Source of the DNA: Candidatus Latescibacterota bacterium
GTDB taxonomy: Bacteria; Latescibacterota; UBA2968; UBA8231
Reading direction: 5' to 3'
NCBI GenBank assembly: GCA_965261395.1
Contig: OZ253462.1
Coordinates: forward strand, 5,600,001 to 5,664,000
Length of the DNA: 64,000 bases
This document shows, piece after piece, positions 7,602-16,216 of the stretch. Made by a program: the position numbers and the translations under genes. The notes below the pieces were generated by a model. It did not search any database and was not told the origin of the DNA. It was given only the letters and a program-made list of their open reading frames with translations. Numbering within the stretch: the first letter of the stretch is position 1; each line of letters opens with the position of its first letter.

Positions 7602-10600
7602 TGCAAGACGGCGCGGCGCGCGACCGCAGCACCACTTCCCCGCTCGGCCTCTATCCGGTAAATATACGCACCGTTGGCCAAACCCGTCGGCGGTGTCCAA
7701 GGCACTTGGTTGTAGCCAGCGTGCGTCTGTCCGTCTAGCCGTTCTATCAGCCGACCGGCCAGCGAAAAAATCTCTATCTGCACAGCGCGCATGTCGTCTG
7801 CTAGCTCATACGTGAAGTAGCCGCTATCGCGCATGGGATTTGGGTAAAATAGAACATTGGCAAGGCCCGCGTCGCCTTCGTCGTCCCCGACCGCGACCGA
7901 CACCGTCGCACGCGACGAATTGTTGAAGTTGTCCCAGACCTTCAGGTGGAACTCGTGTTTGCCCGCTTCCAGTTCGGGCAGGGGAAATTCAATGACCCCC
8001 TGACGATAGTCTCCGCCCTGCACGCTGTAAAGCTCCGTCAATGTGAAGAACTGGCCATCGATGGCCAGCTCGATTTCGTGCCCGGTCTCTCCAGTGATGT
8101 TGATGCCGCTGGGATCCTCAATCGAGGCCAACAACACCGTTTGCCGCGGAATCGTGGTGCCTTTGGCCCCCTCGAAGCGCAGGGAGATTTCCGGCCCCTC
8201 CACGTCCGCTTCCACGCCTGCGGCCGTACCCGCTAGCACCAATCCTTCAGCCGCGCCAAAGGCCGCCGGGCTATCATCGCTCCAAACGTAGGCGCTGATG
8301 CGGCCGTTCTCCCCTCCGTAAGTAATGTCTTTAGGCACCCGAAACGCGGCGCGGAAGCGGCCCTCGGCTACTGGAAAGCGACCGCGAAAAATGGGGGCAC
8401 CGGTCTGCTGGTAGGTATAACCCTCCAAGACACTCTCTTCACTCGAATCAAATGCCTGCAACCACACTTGGCCCTCATAGGTGGTGGCCGGCGCACCAGC
8501 CGCGTCGAGAACTTGGCCGGCCAGAGCCACTTCGCCGAGGGCGTGGAGCGAGTCGGCCGCGTCGATCTGCACCTGAAAGCGCGGCATGGCCAAGCGCGTC
8601 GCCGGGTCGCCGAAGAGCGAGTAGCGCTGAATGTTGCGGAATGTACGGAATGCAGTGGGGCCACTGGGGGAATACAGCGGCAGCAGTAATTGCTTGGCCT
8701 CGGTGAGGGCCAGCCCAATCGGCACGTGCTTCCGCCCAGTGTAGTACATCTGCTCGTAGAACTGGTTGGCCAACCGGACATTGGTGTCGTGCCACCCCAC
8801 CCGAGTCGCGCAAATCATGCCGATCACGCCCCCATCTTCCTTCTTCAGGAGCGCCTCGGGAATGGAGATGCGCACTGGATCGTCGAACACCCCCACTTGA
8901 CTCGCGGCCGTGAAAAACAAGGGCAGGCGACCGCCGTTTTTGACATCGTCCAAATCGCGGGAAAGCAAGAACATCCACTCGTGGGCCAGGCGGTCGTAGG
9001 TGCCATGCCCCAGATAGGTCATAATGAGCGCACCCTTGTTGAAGAGCCGGATGAACTCGTCTCGCGCTCGCGGCTTAGTCTGTCCCTCTAAGGGGAATTG
9101 GGCGATGTAGAGCTTGGTCATGTCCAACGCCTTGGGCATGACGTTTTGGGCCATGTATTCGCTGTCGTTGAGAAAGTATTTCTCGACATTAAGCGGCTTG
9201 TCTCGATTGAACAAATCATCTGCAACAAGCGCCACTCGGCTCTGCCAAGGCCCCAATTCAGGTGCGCGGTCGTAGGCGATGATCTTGTCGGCGAGCGCGT
9301 CGGCCTCAGCCGCGGTCTGCACCGTCAGCCGACCAATGGCCATGTCGGGGAACAAATCATCCCCTACCACGCGCGTGTACCACTCGTCGTACGTGCTGTC
9401 TCCGTCTTGGAAGGGCGGGATCCAATTGCCCTGACTGAGGGCCGAATTGTTCTTGTAGTCGTACGAGCCATCGCCGACCAAGGCTACGAATAGGGGTGCG
9501 GGATCCCAGTGCTCGGCCGCATAGGCGAGAAAATTGCGAATCGCCGCTGGGTCCAAAAGTCCGCCGGAAAACTCGTCGTATATATCTTGTACGTCGATGG
9601 CCATTGTCCGCAGGGGCGGACCGAAGCGGTCGTCTTCAGCCCGCCATTGCGCCAAGCGCTCGGCCGCGGCGCGGAAATCGCGGTGGTAAATCGCCACCCA
9701 ATCGGCCCCCCAGCCCCCAATCGTCAAATCGCCGGGCAAATCGAGCTCGATCCGCACCGGTCGCTTCCAAGTCGCCGGGCCGCCCACTGTGTACTGACGC
9801 GGCACATCCCCGGGCCGATCCTGAAAAATTACCGTCCCAGCTTGCGCGTCGAACTCGAAGTCCACGACCTCGGCCAAGCCCGCAGAGACCTCAAAAGTGC
9901 GCGGCCGCTCGTCAGCAAAACTAGCGAGGCGGAATTGGGTGGTGCCCGTCAGCGGGTAGGTGAAGATCAACTCGCCGCGCTCGGCGACAAAGCCGCGGCT
10001 GTATTCCACCTCGTACCAATCGAAGCGGGACGGATTACCGGAGTGAACGATCCCCAAGTGGTTCAGCCCCTCCTGCGCCCCCATCGGTGCCCACAGCGTA
10101 TCGGATGCAACGGGCGTCTGACCAGATTCCCCTGGAATTGTAAAAGCCACCCTTCCGATAGTCTCTTCGTTCCAGCGCACCGAAAAACGCGGCCGCGTTT
10201 CGGGTGCCCCGATAAAGCCTAAGCGCACGGTCACCGGCTCGGGCACGGCCTGCCGCACCACCACCGGAAAATTGCGTGCATTGCCGCGAAAGTCCTCCCA
10301 GTACCAAGTGTAGCCGGACTTGATGCTATAAAGTTGATTGAGAACGAACTGCTCGGCTTCCTCGTGGATTCGCACCCGATAGCTCGTGGGCTGCTGCGGG
10401 TCGGACGCCACCAGAGCACCGCTCCTTTGCTCGGCCCGCCGTCCCTCGCCCCCACCGCCAAAACCCAGCCAGTACGCGTTCTCGCGCGTGTAGAGGTTGT
10501 GTCGATATTGAAACGAGCGGCTATCCAGCGCGTACTCCCAGCGGCTGACCGGCTCGGCCCAAAACAAGACGAAGTCGTCCGCGTCCAAGCGGCCATCGCC

Positions 10601-11314
10601 GCCGTCTTCTACCACCAAGCCCACTTCCGGCATGGCTTGAGGCGGGTTCACCGCGCTGAGGGACAAGGCTTTGCCGCCGCCGTAGTGCAGGCGCAAGCTC
10701 GCCGGATCGACGTCGCCGAGCGACACCCCGGCGGCCTCTAAGTCGGCACCCGCTATCCTGTACATTCCCTCTTCTGAGACGAAGATCCGCAGCCAAGTCC
10801 CTTCTTGCAACGCGGCCTTGCGCGCCGACCGCTGCTTGGGTGGCAATCGCCAGTTCCTAGCTTGCTCGGGATTGACGAGCGCCCCTTGGTAGAATGCTTC
10901 GCCCCAAGGGTCGGCAACGCGGGTGCCGCCATGGCCGGTCACATGCAGGTCAACGACGATGCGATCGTACAGGGTCCGCGTCCCGTCTGCTTCGACGCGC
11001 GGAGCAAACGCCACCGGAACGACGCGCTGGCGACGCGCAAAACCACTCTCGCCGAGGAAGACCGGCTCGGGCGTAGGCACATCGTCTTCAGCGGCGCGAT
11101 CCGTCCGTGCTACGTGGGCTTCGACCAACTCCAAACGAACCTGTCCGTCGATTGGGACGCCGATCAAGGCACCGCGCCCCTGCTCCAATTCTTGGCCCTC
11201 GGGGAGCCAAACCAACCGCAGGCGCTGTGGCGTCTGTTCGCTCACACGCAATTCCGCCGTGGCCGCACTCCCGCAAAAAAGAGCGAGCGCCCAAAAGCAG
11301 CATTTGAATCTCAT
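7589..11314 (-). CDS. porU: PorU-like type IX secretion sortase (peptidase C25/gingipain domain with C-terminal sorting domain)
   Basis: EEGMYRI, IYDEFSGG..DP.AIRNFL, GDGSYDYKN, DMAIGRL, YLGHG, YSLFGDPA, DPSGIN.TG..GH, KVWDNFNNSS, FYPNP, LANGAYIYR. Lies directly upstream of porV. Confidence 0.88.
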   Translation of the reverse strand: MRFKCCFWALALFCGSAATAELRVSEQTPQRLRLVWLPEGQELEQGRGALIGVPIDGQVRLELVEAHVARTDRAAEDDVPTPEPVFLGESGFARRQRVVPVAFAPRVEADGTRTLYDRIVVDLHVTGHGGTRVADPWGEAFYQGALVNPEQARNWRLPPKQRSARKAALQEGTWLRIFVSEEGMYRIAGADLEAAGVSLGDVDPASLRLHYGGGKALSLSAVNPPQAMPEVGLVVEDGGDGRLDADDFVLFWAEPVSRWEYALDSRSFQYRHNLYTRENAYWLGFGGGGEGRRAEQRSGALVASDPQQPTSYRVRIHEEAEQFVLNQLYSIKSGYTWYWEDFRGNARNFPVVVRQAVPEPVTVRLGFIGAPETRPRFSVRWNEETIGRVAFTIPGESGQTPVASDTLWAPMGAQEGLNHLGIVHSGNPSRFDWYEVEYSRGFVAERGELIFTYPLTGTTQFRLASFADERPRTFEVSAGLAEVVDFEFDAQAGTVIFQDRPGDVPRQYTVGGPATWKRPVRIELDLPGDLTIGGWGADWVAIYHRDFRAAAERLAQWRAEDDRFGPPLRTMAIDVQDIYDEFSGGLLDPAAIRNFLAYAAEHWDPAPLFVALVGDGSYDYKNNSALSQGNWIPPFQDGDSTYDEWYTRVVGDDLFPDMAIGRLTVQTAAEADALADKIIAYDRAPELGPWQSRVALVADDLFNRDKPLNVEKYFLNDSEYMAQNVMPKALDMTKLYIAQFPLEGQTKPRARDEFIRLFNKGALIMTYLGHGTYDRLAHEWMFLLSRDLDDVKNGGRLPLFFTAASQVGVFDDPVRISIPEALLKKEDGGVIGMICATRVGWHDTNVRLANQFYEQMYYTGRKHVPIGLALTEAKQLLLPLYSPSGPTAFRTFRNIQRYSLFGDPATRLAMPRFQVQIDAADSLHALGEVALAGQVLDAAGAPATTYEGQVWLQAFDSSEESVLEGYTYQQTGAPIFRGRFPVAEGRFRAAFRVPKDITYGGENGRISAYVWSDDSPAAFGAAEGLVLAGTAAGVEADVEGPEISLRFEGAKGTTIPRQTVLLASIEDPSGINITGETGHEIELAIDGQFFTLTELYSVQGGDYRQGVIEFPLPELEAGKHEFHLKVWDNFNNSSRATVSVAVGDDEGDAGLANVLFYPNPMRDSGYFTYELADDMRAVQIEIFSLAGRLIERLDGQTHAGYNQVPWTPPTGLANGAYIYRIEAERGSGAAVARRAVLQVAK

Positions 11315-11364
11315 AAAGTGGTATAGGTGGGATTGGTCATTGGGTCATGGCGATTGGCACTTTT

Positions 11365-11434
11365 AAGGTCATTCCAAGCCCCCTTTTTGTCAAGGGCATC
11401 TCACCTTGACTTATCGACTCAGCACCGCTATGTT
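11365..11434. promoter_or_regulatory. Back-to-back sigma70-like promoters for porU (-) and rpmB (+)
   Basis: + strand: TTGACT(11406)-17 bp-TATGTT(11429). - strand: TTGACA(11393-11388)-17 bp-GACCTT, a weaker -10. Confidence 0.6.
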
Positions 11435-11461
11435 TTACTGTTTCTTAACAGGGAGGCACTC

Positions 11462-11689
11462 ATGGCCAGACAATGCAGCCTGACCAACGTTAAGGGCCTA
11501 GTTGGCAACAAAGTCAGCCACTCGCAGCGCAAAACCAAGCGCGTCCAACAGCCCAACCTCATCAAAAAACGCATCTTCATTCCCGAGGAAAACCGCACCG
11601 TCACCCTACGCCTGACCGTCCGCGCCCTACGCACTTTAAACAAAAAAGGCGTCCATCAGTTCCTCAAGGAAAACGGGATCAAGGTCTAA
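11462..11689 (+). CDS. rpmB: 50S ribosomal protein L28
   Basis: MARQCSLT...GNKVSHSQRKTKRVQQPNL; GGAGG RBS before ATG 11462. Confidence 0.95.
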   Translation: MARQCSLTNVKGLVGNKVSHSQRKTKRVQQPNLIKKRIFIPEENRTVTLRLTVRALRTLNKKGVHQFLKENGIKV

Positions 11690-11717
11690 GCGGGCAAAAC
11701 CCTCGCCCTACGCGCAC

Positions 11718-12833
11718 ATGAACCACGGCGACGACGTAGCCGACGCCATCCAAGAGCGAGTTCGCCAAGCTCTAGCCGAAAACGCGGCCTTAAAAATTTT
11801 TGCCGGCCGCACTAAGTCCTTTCTCGGACGCCGACACGATGGAATCCCACTCGACCTCTCCGCCCTGACCGGCGTCGTCAGCTACGAGCCAGACGAATTG
11901 GTTCTAGTCGCTCGCCCGGGCACTAAGCTGAGCGAAATAGAAGCCCTGTGCCGTGGCGAAAACCAGTACTTCGCTTTCGAGCCACCCGCTTGGGGTGCGG
12001 CCGCGACCATCGGCGGTACCGTGGCCTGCAACCTCTCGGGACCGCGGCGCTTCAAAATGGGCGCGTTGCGCGATCACTTGCTCGGGGCCGAGCTAATCGA
12101 CGGCCGCGGCGAGCGAATTCGCACCGGCGGCAAAGTCGTCAAGAACGTCACAGGCTACGATCTGTCCAAGGTGCTGGCCGGCTCCTTCGGGACGCTGGGG
12201 GTGCTTACCGAGGTATGCCTCAAGGTCTGGCCGCGCCCCGAAACCCAAGCAACCCTATTCATTCATGGACTGACGCCCGCAGAGGCGTTGGAGCGGATTA
12301 TCGACTGGGCGGCGCGGCCCCTACAGATCACGGGCCTAGTCTGCGACGCCGACCAATTAGCCACCCGCGTCGAAGGCCCAGCACCAGCGGTGCGGGCGCA
12401 GCTAGCAATGCTGCGCGAAGAAGAAACGGCAGAGTCCGAGATAATAGAAGAGGCAGAGTCGCACGCCTTCTGGCGGTGTTGGCGCGAGCTCGAATGGCTG
12501 TCCCCGACCGAGGGCCAACAGCGCTGGCGCTTTTCTGGACCGCCGACCAAGATGATGCAGCTAATGGAAGCGCTAAAGGCCGAGGGACTGAGTCGCTGGG
12601 GGCTGGACTGGGCCGGCGGCTTGCTATGGGCACTGTTGCCGGTAGCCGCCCAAGCCTCGCGCTTGCAGCGCACCGCAGCGCGCCACCAAGCCCTTGGCTG
12701 GCGTTTTGCAGCCGACGGGCACAACGAAGATGCCTTTACCCCGCTCAGCACTGGCGCGGCACGCATGAACCAGATGCTCAAGCGCGCCCTCGACCCACAA
12801 GACATTTTTAACCCAGGCAAGATGTACGCCTAA
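11718..12833 (+). CDS. glcE: Glycolate oxidase FAD-binding subunit GlcE-like
   Basis: YEPDELV, ATIGG..ACNLSGPRR, GGKVVKNVTGYDLSK, GSFGTLG, DPQDIFNPG. Confidence 0.85.
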   Translation: MNHGDDVADAIQERVRQALAENAALKIFAGRTKSFLGRRHDGIPLDLSALTGVVSYEPDELVLVARPGTKLSEIEALCRGENQYFAFEPPAWGAAATIGGTVACNLSGPRRFKMGALRDHLLGAELIDGRGERIRTGGKVVKNVTGYDLSKVLAGSFGTLGVLTEVCLKVWPRPETQATLFIHGLTPAEALERIIDWAARPLQITGLVCDADQLATRVEGPAPAVRAQLAMLREEETAESEIIEEAESHAFWRCWRELEWLSPTEGQQRWRFSGPPTKMMQLMEALKAEGLSRWGLDWAGGLLWALLPVAAQASRLQRTAARHQALGWRFAADGHNEDAFTPLSTGAARMNQMLKRALDPQDIFNPGKMYA

Positions 12834-14014
12834 TATATCTGGCCTGGGCGATAGTTCGGCGGCGGCGTTTCCCGTTCGCTGAGCCACAGCGCCCGCCCAA
12901 CCCGCGCCTGGACGTATTGATAGTCATAGCTCGTGTCCGGAGCGGAGATGTTGCCCTGCGACGGGTATTGGGCAATCGCCTCCTCGACAAGGTCCACTCC
13001 CAGCCCGGGCACATCCGGCACCGCGATATGGCTATCGACGATCTCGGGCTGGCCGGTCATCACCTCGTAGCGCTGCGGCACATCATCGGCTAAGTGCTCC
13101 AAGATCAGAAAGTTGGGCAGCGTGGCCATTAGGTGTACGGCCGCCATTTCGGCCACCGGCCCCAACGAACCGTCGTGCGGGGCTACCATGCAGTAGTGGG
13201 CCTCGGCCATAGCGGCGATCTTCTTCATCTGCCACAGGCCCCCAGCGCGCCCTGTATCGGGCTGTACCACATCGATAATCTCGCGCTCAATCAGCTCCTT
13301 TACTCCCCAAATGGTAGCGTGGCGCTCGCCCGTGGCAATGGGAATGTCCACTGCGTCGGAAACCCGAGCGAGGGCGTCGATGTTTTCAGGGGCTACTGGA
13401 TCTTCGTAAAACAGCAGGTCGTAGTCTTCGAGTGCGTGGCCCAAGGCAATGGCATCGCGCGTCGTCAGCCAAGGCGGCCCGTGGACGTCGACCATGAGAT
13501 CCACCTCGTCGCCAACCTCTTTGCGAATGGCAGCGACCGTTTCGACGCAGTTTTTGATCCCCCCGGTCTTTATCGCCGTATAGCCTTGATCGACCAAAGC
13601 ACGCGCCCGCTCTTTCTCGTGCGCGTGAGCATATACTCTCACCCGATCGCGCATCTTGCCGCCCAACAGATTCCACACCGGCTGCCCAAGGGCCTTGCCC
13701 TTGATGTCCCACAGGGCCATCTCAATGCCGGTCATGGCACCAGAGCCGACAATGCCGGTCATGCCGTGCCCCATCATCGCCACCTGCATCTTGCCCCACA
13801 GCCGCTCGATGTGGAAGGGATCTTCACCGATCATCAAAGGCGTCAGGTCGTGGATGGCCGTTTCGACCACGCGCGGCCAGCCCGACGCCTCGCCCACTCC
13901 ATAGATGCCGGCGTCGGTCTCGACCTTGACGAAGAGCCAGTTGCGCGCCGACCAACCGCTCGCCTGCGGAGGTGCGCACTGCATTAAATAGGTCTTGATT
14001 TGGGTGATTTTCAT
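12830..14014 (-). CDS. Mandelate racemase/muconate lactonizing enzyme family dehydratase (DgoD-like)
   Basis: RNWLFVKVETDAG..GVGE, EMALWDIKGK, LLGGKMRD, YEDP, ATGER, VQPD...AGG. Confidence 0.9.
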   Translation of the reverse strand: MKITQIKTYLMQCAPPQASGWSARNWLFVKVETDAGIYGVGEASGWPRVVETAIHDLTPLMIGEDPFHIERLWGKMQVAMMGHGMTGIVGSGAMTGIEMALWDIKGKALGQPVWNLLGGKMRDRVRVYAHAHEKERARALVDQGYTAIKTGGIKNCVETVAAIRKEVGDEVDLMVDVHGPPWLTTRDAIALGHALEDYDLLFYEDPVAPENIDALARVSDAVDIPIATGERHATIWGVKELIEREIIDVVQPDTGRAGGLWQMKKIAAMAEAHYCMVAPHDGSLGPVAEMAAVHLMATLPNFLILEHLADDVPQRYEVMTGQPEIVDSHIAVPDVPGLGVDLVEEAIAQYPSQGNISAPDTSYDYQYVQARVGRALWLSERETPPPNYRPGQIY

Positions 14015-14096
14015 AGCGGTCTCCCCGTGTTGCGATGGAGCGACAAGTATAAGCCATAGAGTGAAATCAATCCATTGCCGGCACTCTGTGCGCAGA

Positions 14097-14125
14097 TTGA
14101 CAGGTATATTTTCAATACTTAGCTT
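14097..14125 (+). promoter_or_regulatory. Sigma70-like promoter of the polyprenyl synthase operon
   Basis: TTGACA-17 bp-TAGCTT in an AT-rich intergenic region. Confidence 0.6.
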
Positions 14126-14173
14126 CTAAATTTTCTATTTATTAGGGATTTAATTCTGACAGATACCTTTCTC

Positions 14174-15142
14174 ATGGATCCCTGTATAGGTTTGATCGAT
14201 CAAGAACTGGCCCGGTTTGAAAAGCGGCTCAACGCCGAGCTCAACGCCGATGTCGAGCTGGTCCACGTCATTGCCCGCTACATGGCCACACTCAAGGGCA
14301 AGCGCCTCCGGCCGGCCCTCATCCTGCTCGTGGCCAAAGCGTCTGGCGATTGGAACGAACAGCTAATCGACACGGCCGTGGCTGTCGAGATGATTCACGC
14401 CGCTACCATGGCCCACGACGACGTAGTGGACTCAGCGACCGTGCGCCGGGGTCGAGAGACGGTCAACGAGCGCTGGAGCGGGCAGATCGCCGTACTCATG
14501 GGCGACTTTCTCCTCGCGCGGGCACTGCGCTTACTGATCGAAATCGGCAATCTACAGGTCCTGAGCGTGGTTGCGCACGCCACCGAGCGGCTGAGCACGG
14601 GCGAAATATTTGAAATTCAGATCGGCACTCAGTGCGATACGCGCGAAGAGTCGTACTTTGCCATGGTCAGCGACAAGACGGCTTCTCTGATCTCGGCCGC
14701 AACGCGGATTGGCGCGATCCTCGCCGGCGCATCGGACGATGTCGTACAATCTATGGGGCGCTACGGAGAGTCGCTCGGCCGCGCCTTCCAAGTCGCCGAC
14801 GACATCCTCGATCTCACTAGCGATCAGGCGACCATGGGCAAGCCCGTCGGACACGACCTGCGCGAAGGCAAGATCACCTTGCCATTGATACGCGCTTTAC
14901 AGGAAGCCCCCTCAGGAGCGCGGGTCGAGATGGAGGCTCTTTTGTCCCAACCGGACAAGGACGAAGCAGAATGGGGGCAGATCGTAGCCTTTGTCGATAA
15001 GCACCAAGGAGTCGCCGCCGCCGCCGAGACCGCGCACAAATACGCCGCCCACGCTCAAGAATGCCTAGAGGTACTGGCCCCTTCTCCGGCCCGCGCAGCG
15101 CTAGGACGAGCCGTGCAGCTCGTCGTCGAACGCAACAATTGA
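14174..15142 (+). CDS. Polyprenyl diphosphate synthase (IspB-like)
   Basis: GKRLRP, first motif HDDVVD...RRG, second motif FQVADDILD, GK..GHDLREGKITLP. Confidence 0.92.
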   Translation: MDPCIGLIDQELARFEKRLNAELNADVELVHVIARYMATLKGKRLRPALILLVAKASGDWNEQLIDTAVAVEMIHAATMAHDDVVDSATVRRGRETVNERWSGQIAVLMGDFLLARALRLLIEIGNLQVLSVVAHATERLSTGEIFEIQIGTQCDTREESYFAMVSDKTASLISAATRIGAILAGASDDVVQSMGRYGESLGRAFQVADDILDLTSDQATMGKPVGHDLREGKITLPLIRALQEAPSGARVEMEALLSQPDKDEAEWGQIVAFVDKHQGVAAAAETAHKYAAHAQECLEVLAPSPARAALGRAVQLVVERNN

Positions 15143-15154
15143 CGCGACTAGCCC

Positions 15155-16198
15155 ATGCTCAAGCGCAGTCTGCTGGCCGTAGGCGGTTTGGCCGTGGTCC
15201 TGTACTTTCTGCCGTCGCCCCAGCCCGTCGCGCCGGTGCGCGCAGACCGCCTCTTGTTGGGAACCCTCGTCACGGTCAAGCTCTACGGAGACGAAGCAGT
15301 AGTTCGCCCGCACCTAGAAGCGGCGTACGCGGAGATCGCCCGCGTCGATTCGTCGATGAGCCACTACCGCGAGGACAGCGCATTGCGGCGACTGGAACAG
15401 CAGGCGCGGCTCGCTCCAACGCATGGCTCGGCCGGACTGATTGCGGTCTTGACGCGCAGCCAGCACTTTGCCGCGTTGACAGATGGAGCTTTTGACTGCA
15501 CGGTGGGAGCCTTGACGGGCCTGTGGAACTTCCCCGATGCAGTAGCGCCACCCACCTCGGCGCAGATTGATTCAGTGCTGGCGCTGATGGGCTACGAAGG
15601 GTTGGAAGTTGCGGCCCAAGCCCAGTCATTTCGGATCAACAGGCCGGGGCTGCGGTTGGATCTGGGGGCGGCGGCCAAAGGCTACGCGGTTGACCAAGCC
15701 GTGGCGGCGATGCAGGAGCTAAGGGTGGAAGCCGGGGTGATCGAGGCCGGGGGCGATATTCGCTATTGGGGCGAAAAACCGGACGGGCGGCCTTGGCTCT
15801 TTGGGGTCCAGCACCCGCGCGCCCCAGAGCAATACATAGCAGTCGAGGACCTCGGACTCGCGGCGATCGCGACCTCCGGCGACTACGAGCAGTACTTTAA
15901 TTGGGAGGGCGAGCGCTATCACCACCTGCTCGACCCCAAGACCGGCCATCCAGCACGGGAGTGCATAAGCGCAACCGTGTGGGCTGCGACCGCACTGGAT
16001 GCCGATATCCTGTCGACCGCAGTCTTCGTCTTAGGGCCTGACCAAGGGCTCGCGCTCGTCGAGGGCCTAACGGACGTCGAGGGCTTCATTTTTTTTGAGC
16101 GAGATGGGCAACTCATGCACCGGGCGTCAACCGGGCTGCGTGGCCGCTTTCGCTTTTGCAATAGCAATGAACTTTCGCCGGGCTGTGCTCGGCAATAG
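15155..16198 (+). CDS. apbE: FAD:protein FMN transferase ApbE
   Basis: GAFDCTVG, LDLGAAAKGYAVD, ATSGDYE, RYHHLLDPKTG, DADILSTA. Confidence 0.92.
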   Translation: MLKRSLLAVGGLAVVLYFLPSPQPVAPVRADRLLLGTLVTVKLYGDEAVVRPHLEAAYAEIARVDSSMSHYREDSALRRLEQQARLAPTHGSAGLIAVLTRSQHFAALTDGAFDCTVGALTGLWNFPDAVAPPTSAQIDSVLALMGYEGLEVAAQAQSFRINRPGLRLDLGAAAKGYAVDQAVAAMQELRVEAGVIEAGGDIRYWGEKPDGRPWLFGVQHPRAPEQYIAVEDLGLAAIATSGDYEQYFNWEGERYHHLLDPKTGHPARECISATVWAATALDADILSTAVFVLGPDQGLALVEGLTDVEGFIFFERDGQLMHRASTGLRGRFRFCNSNELSPGCARQ

Positions 16199-16216
16199 CG
16201 GAGTAAAGACAAATTT

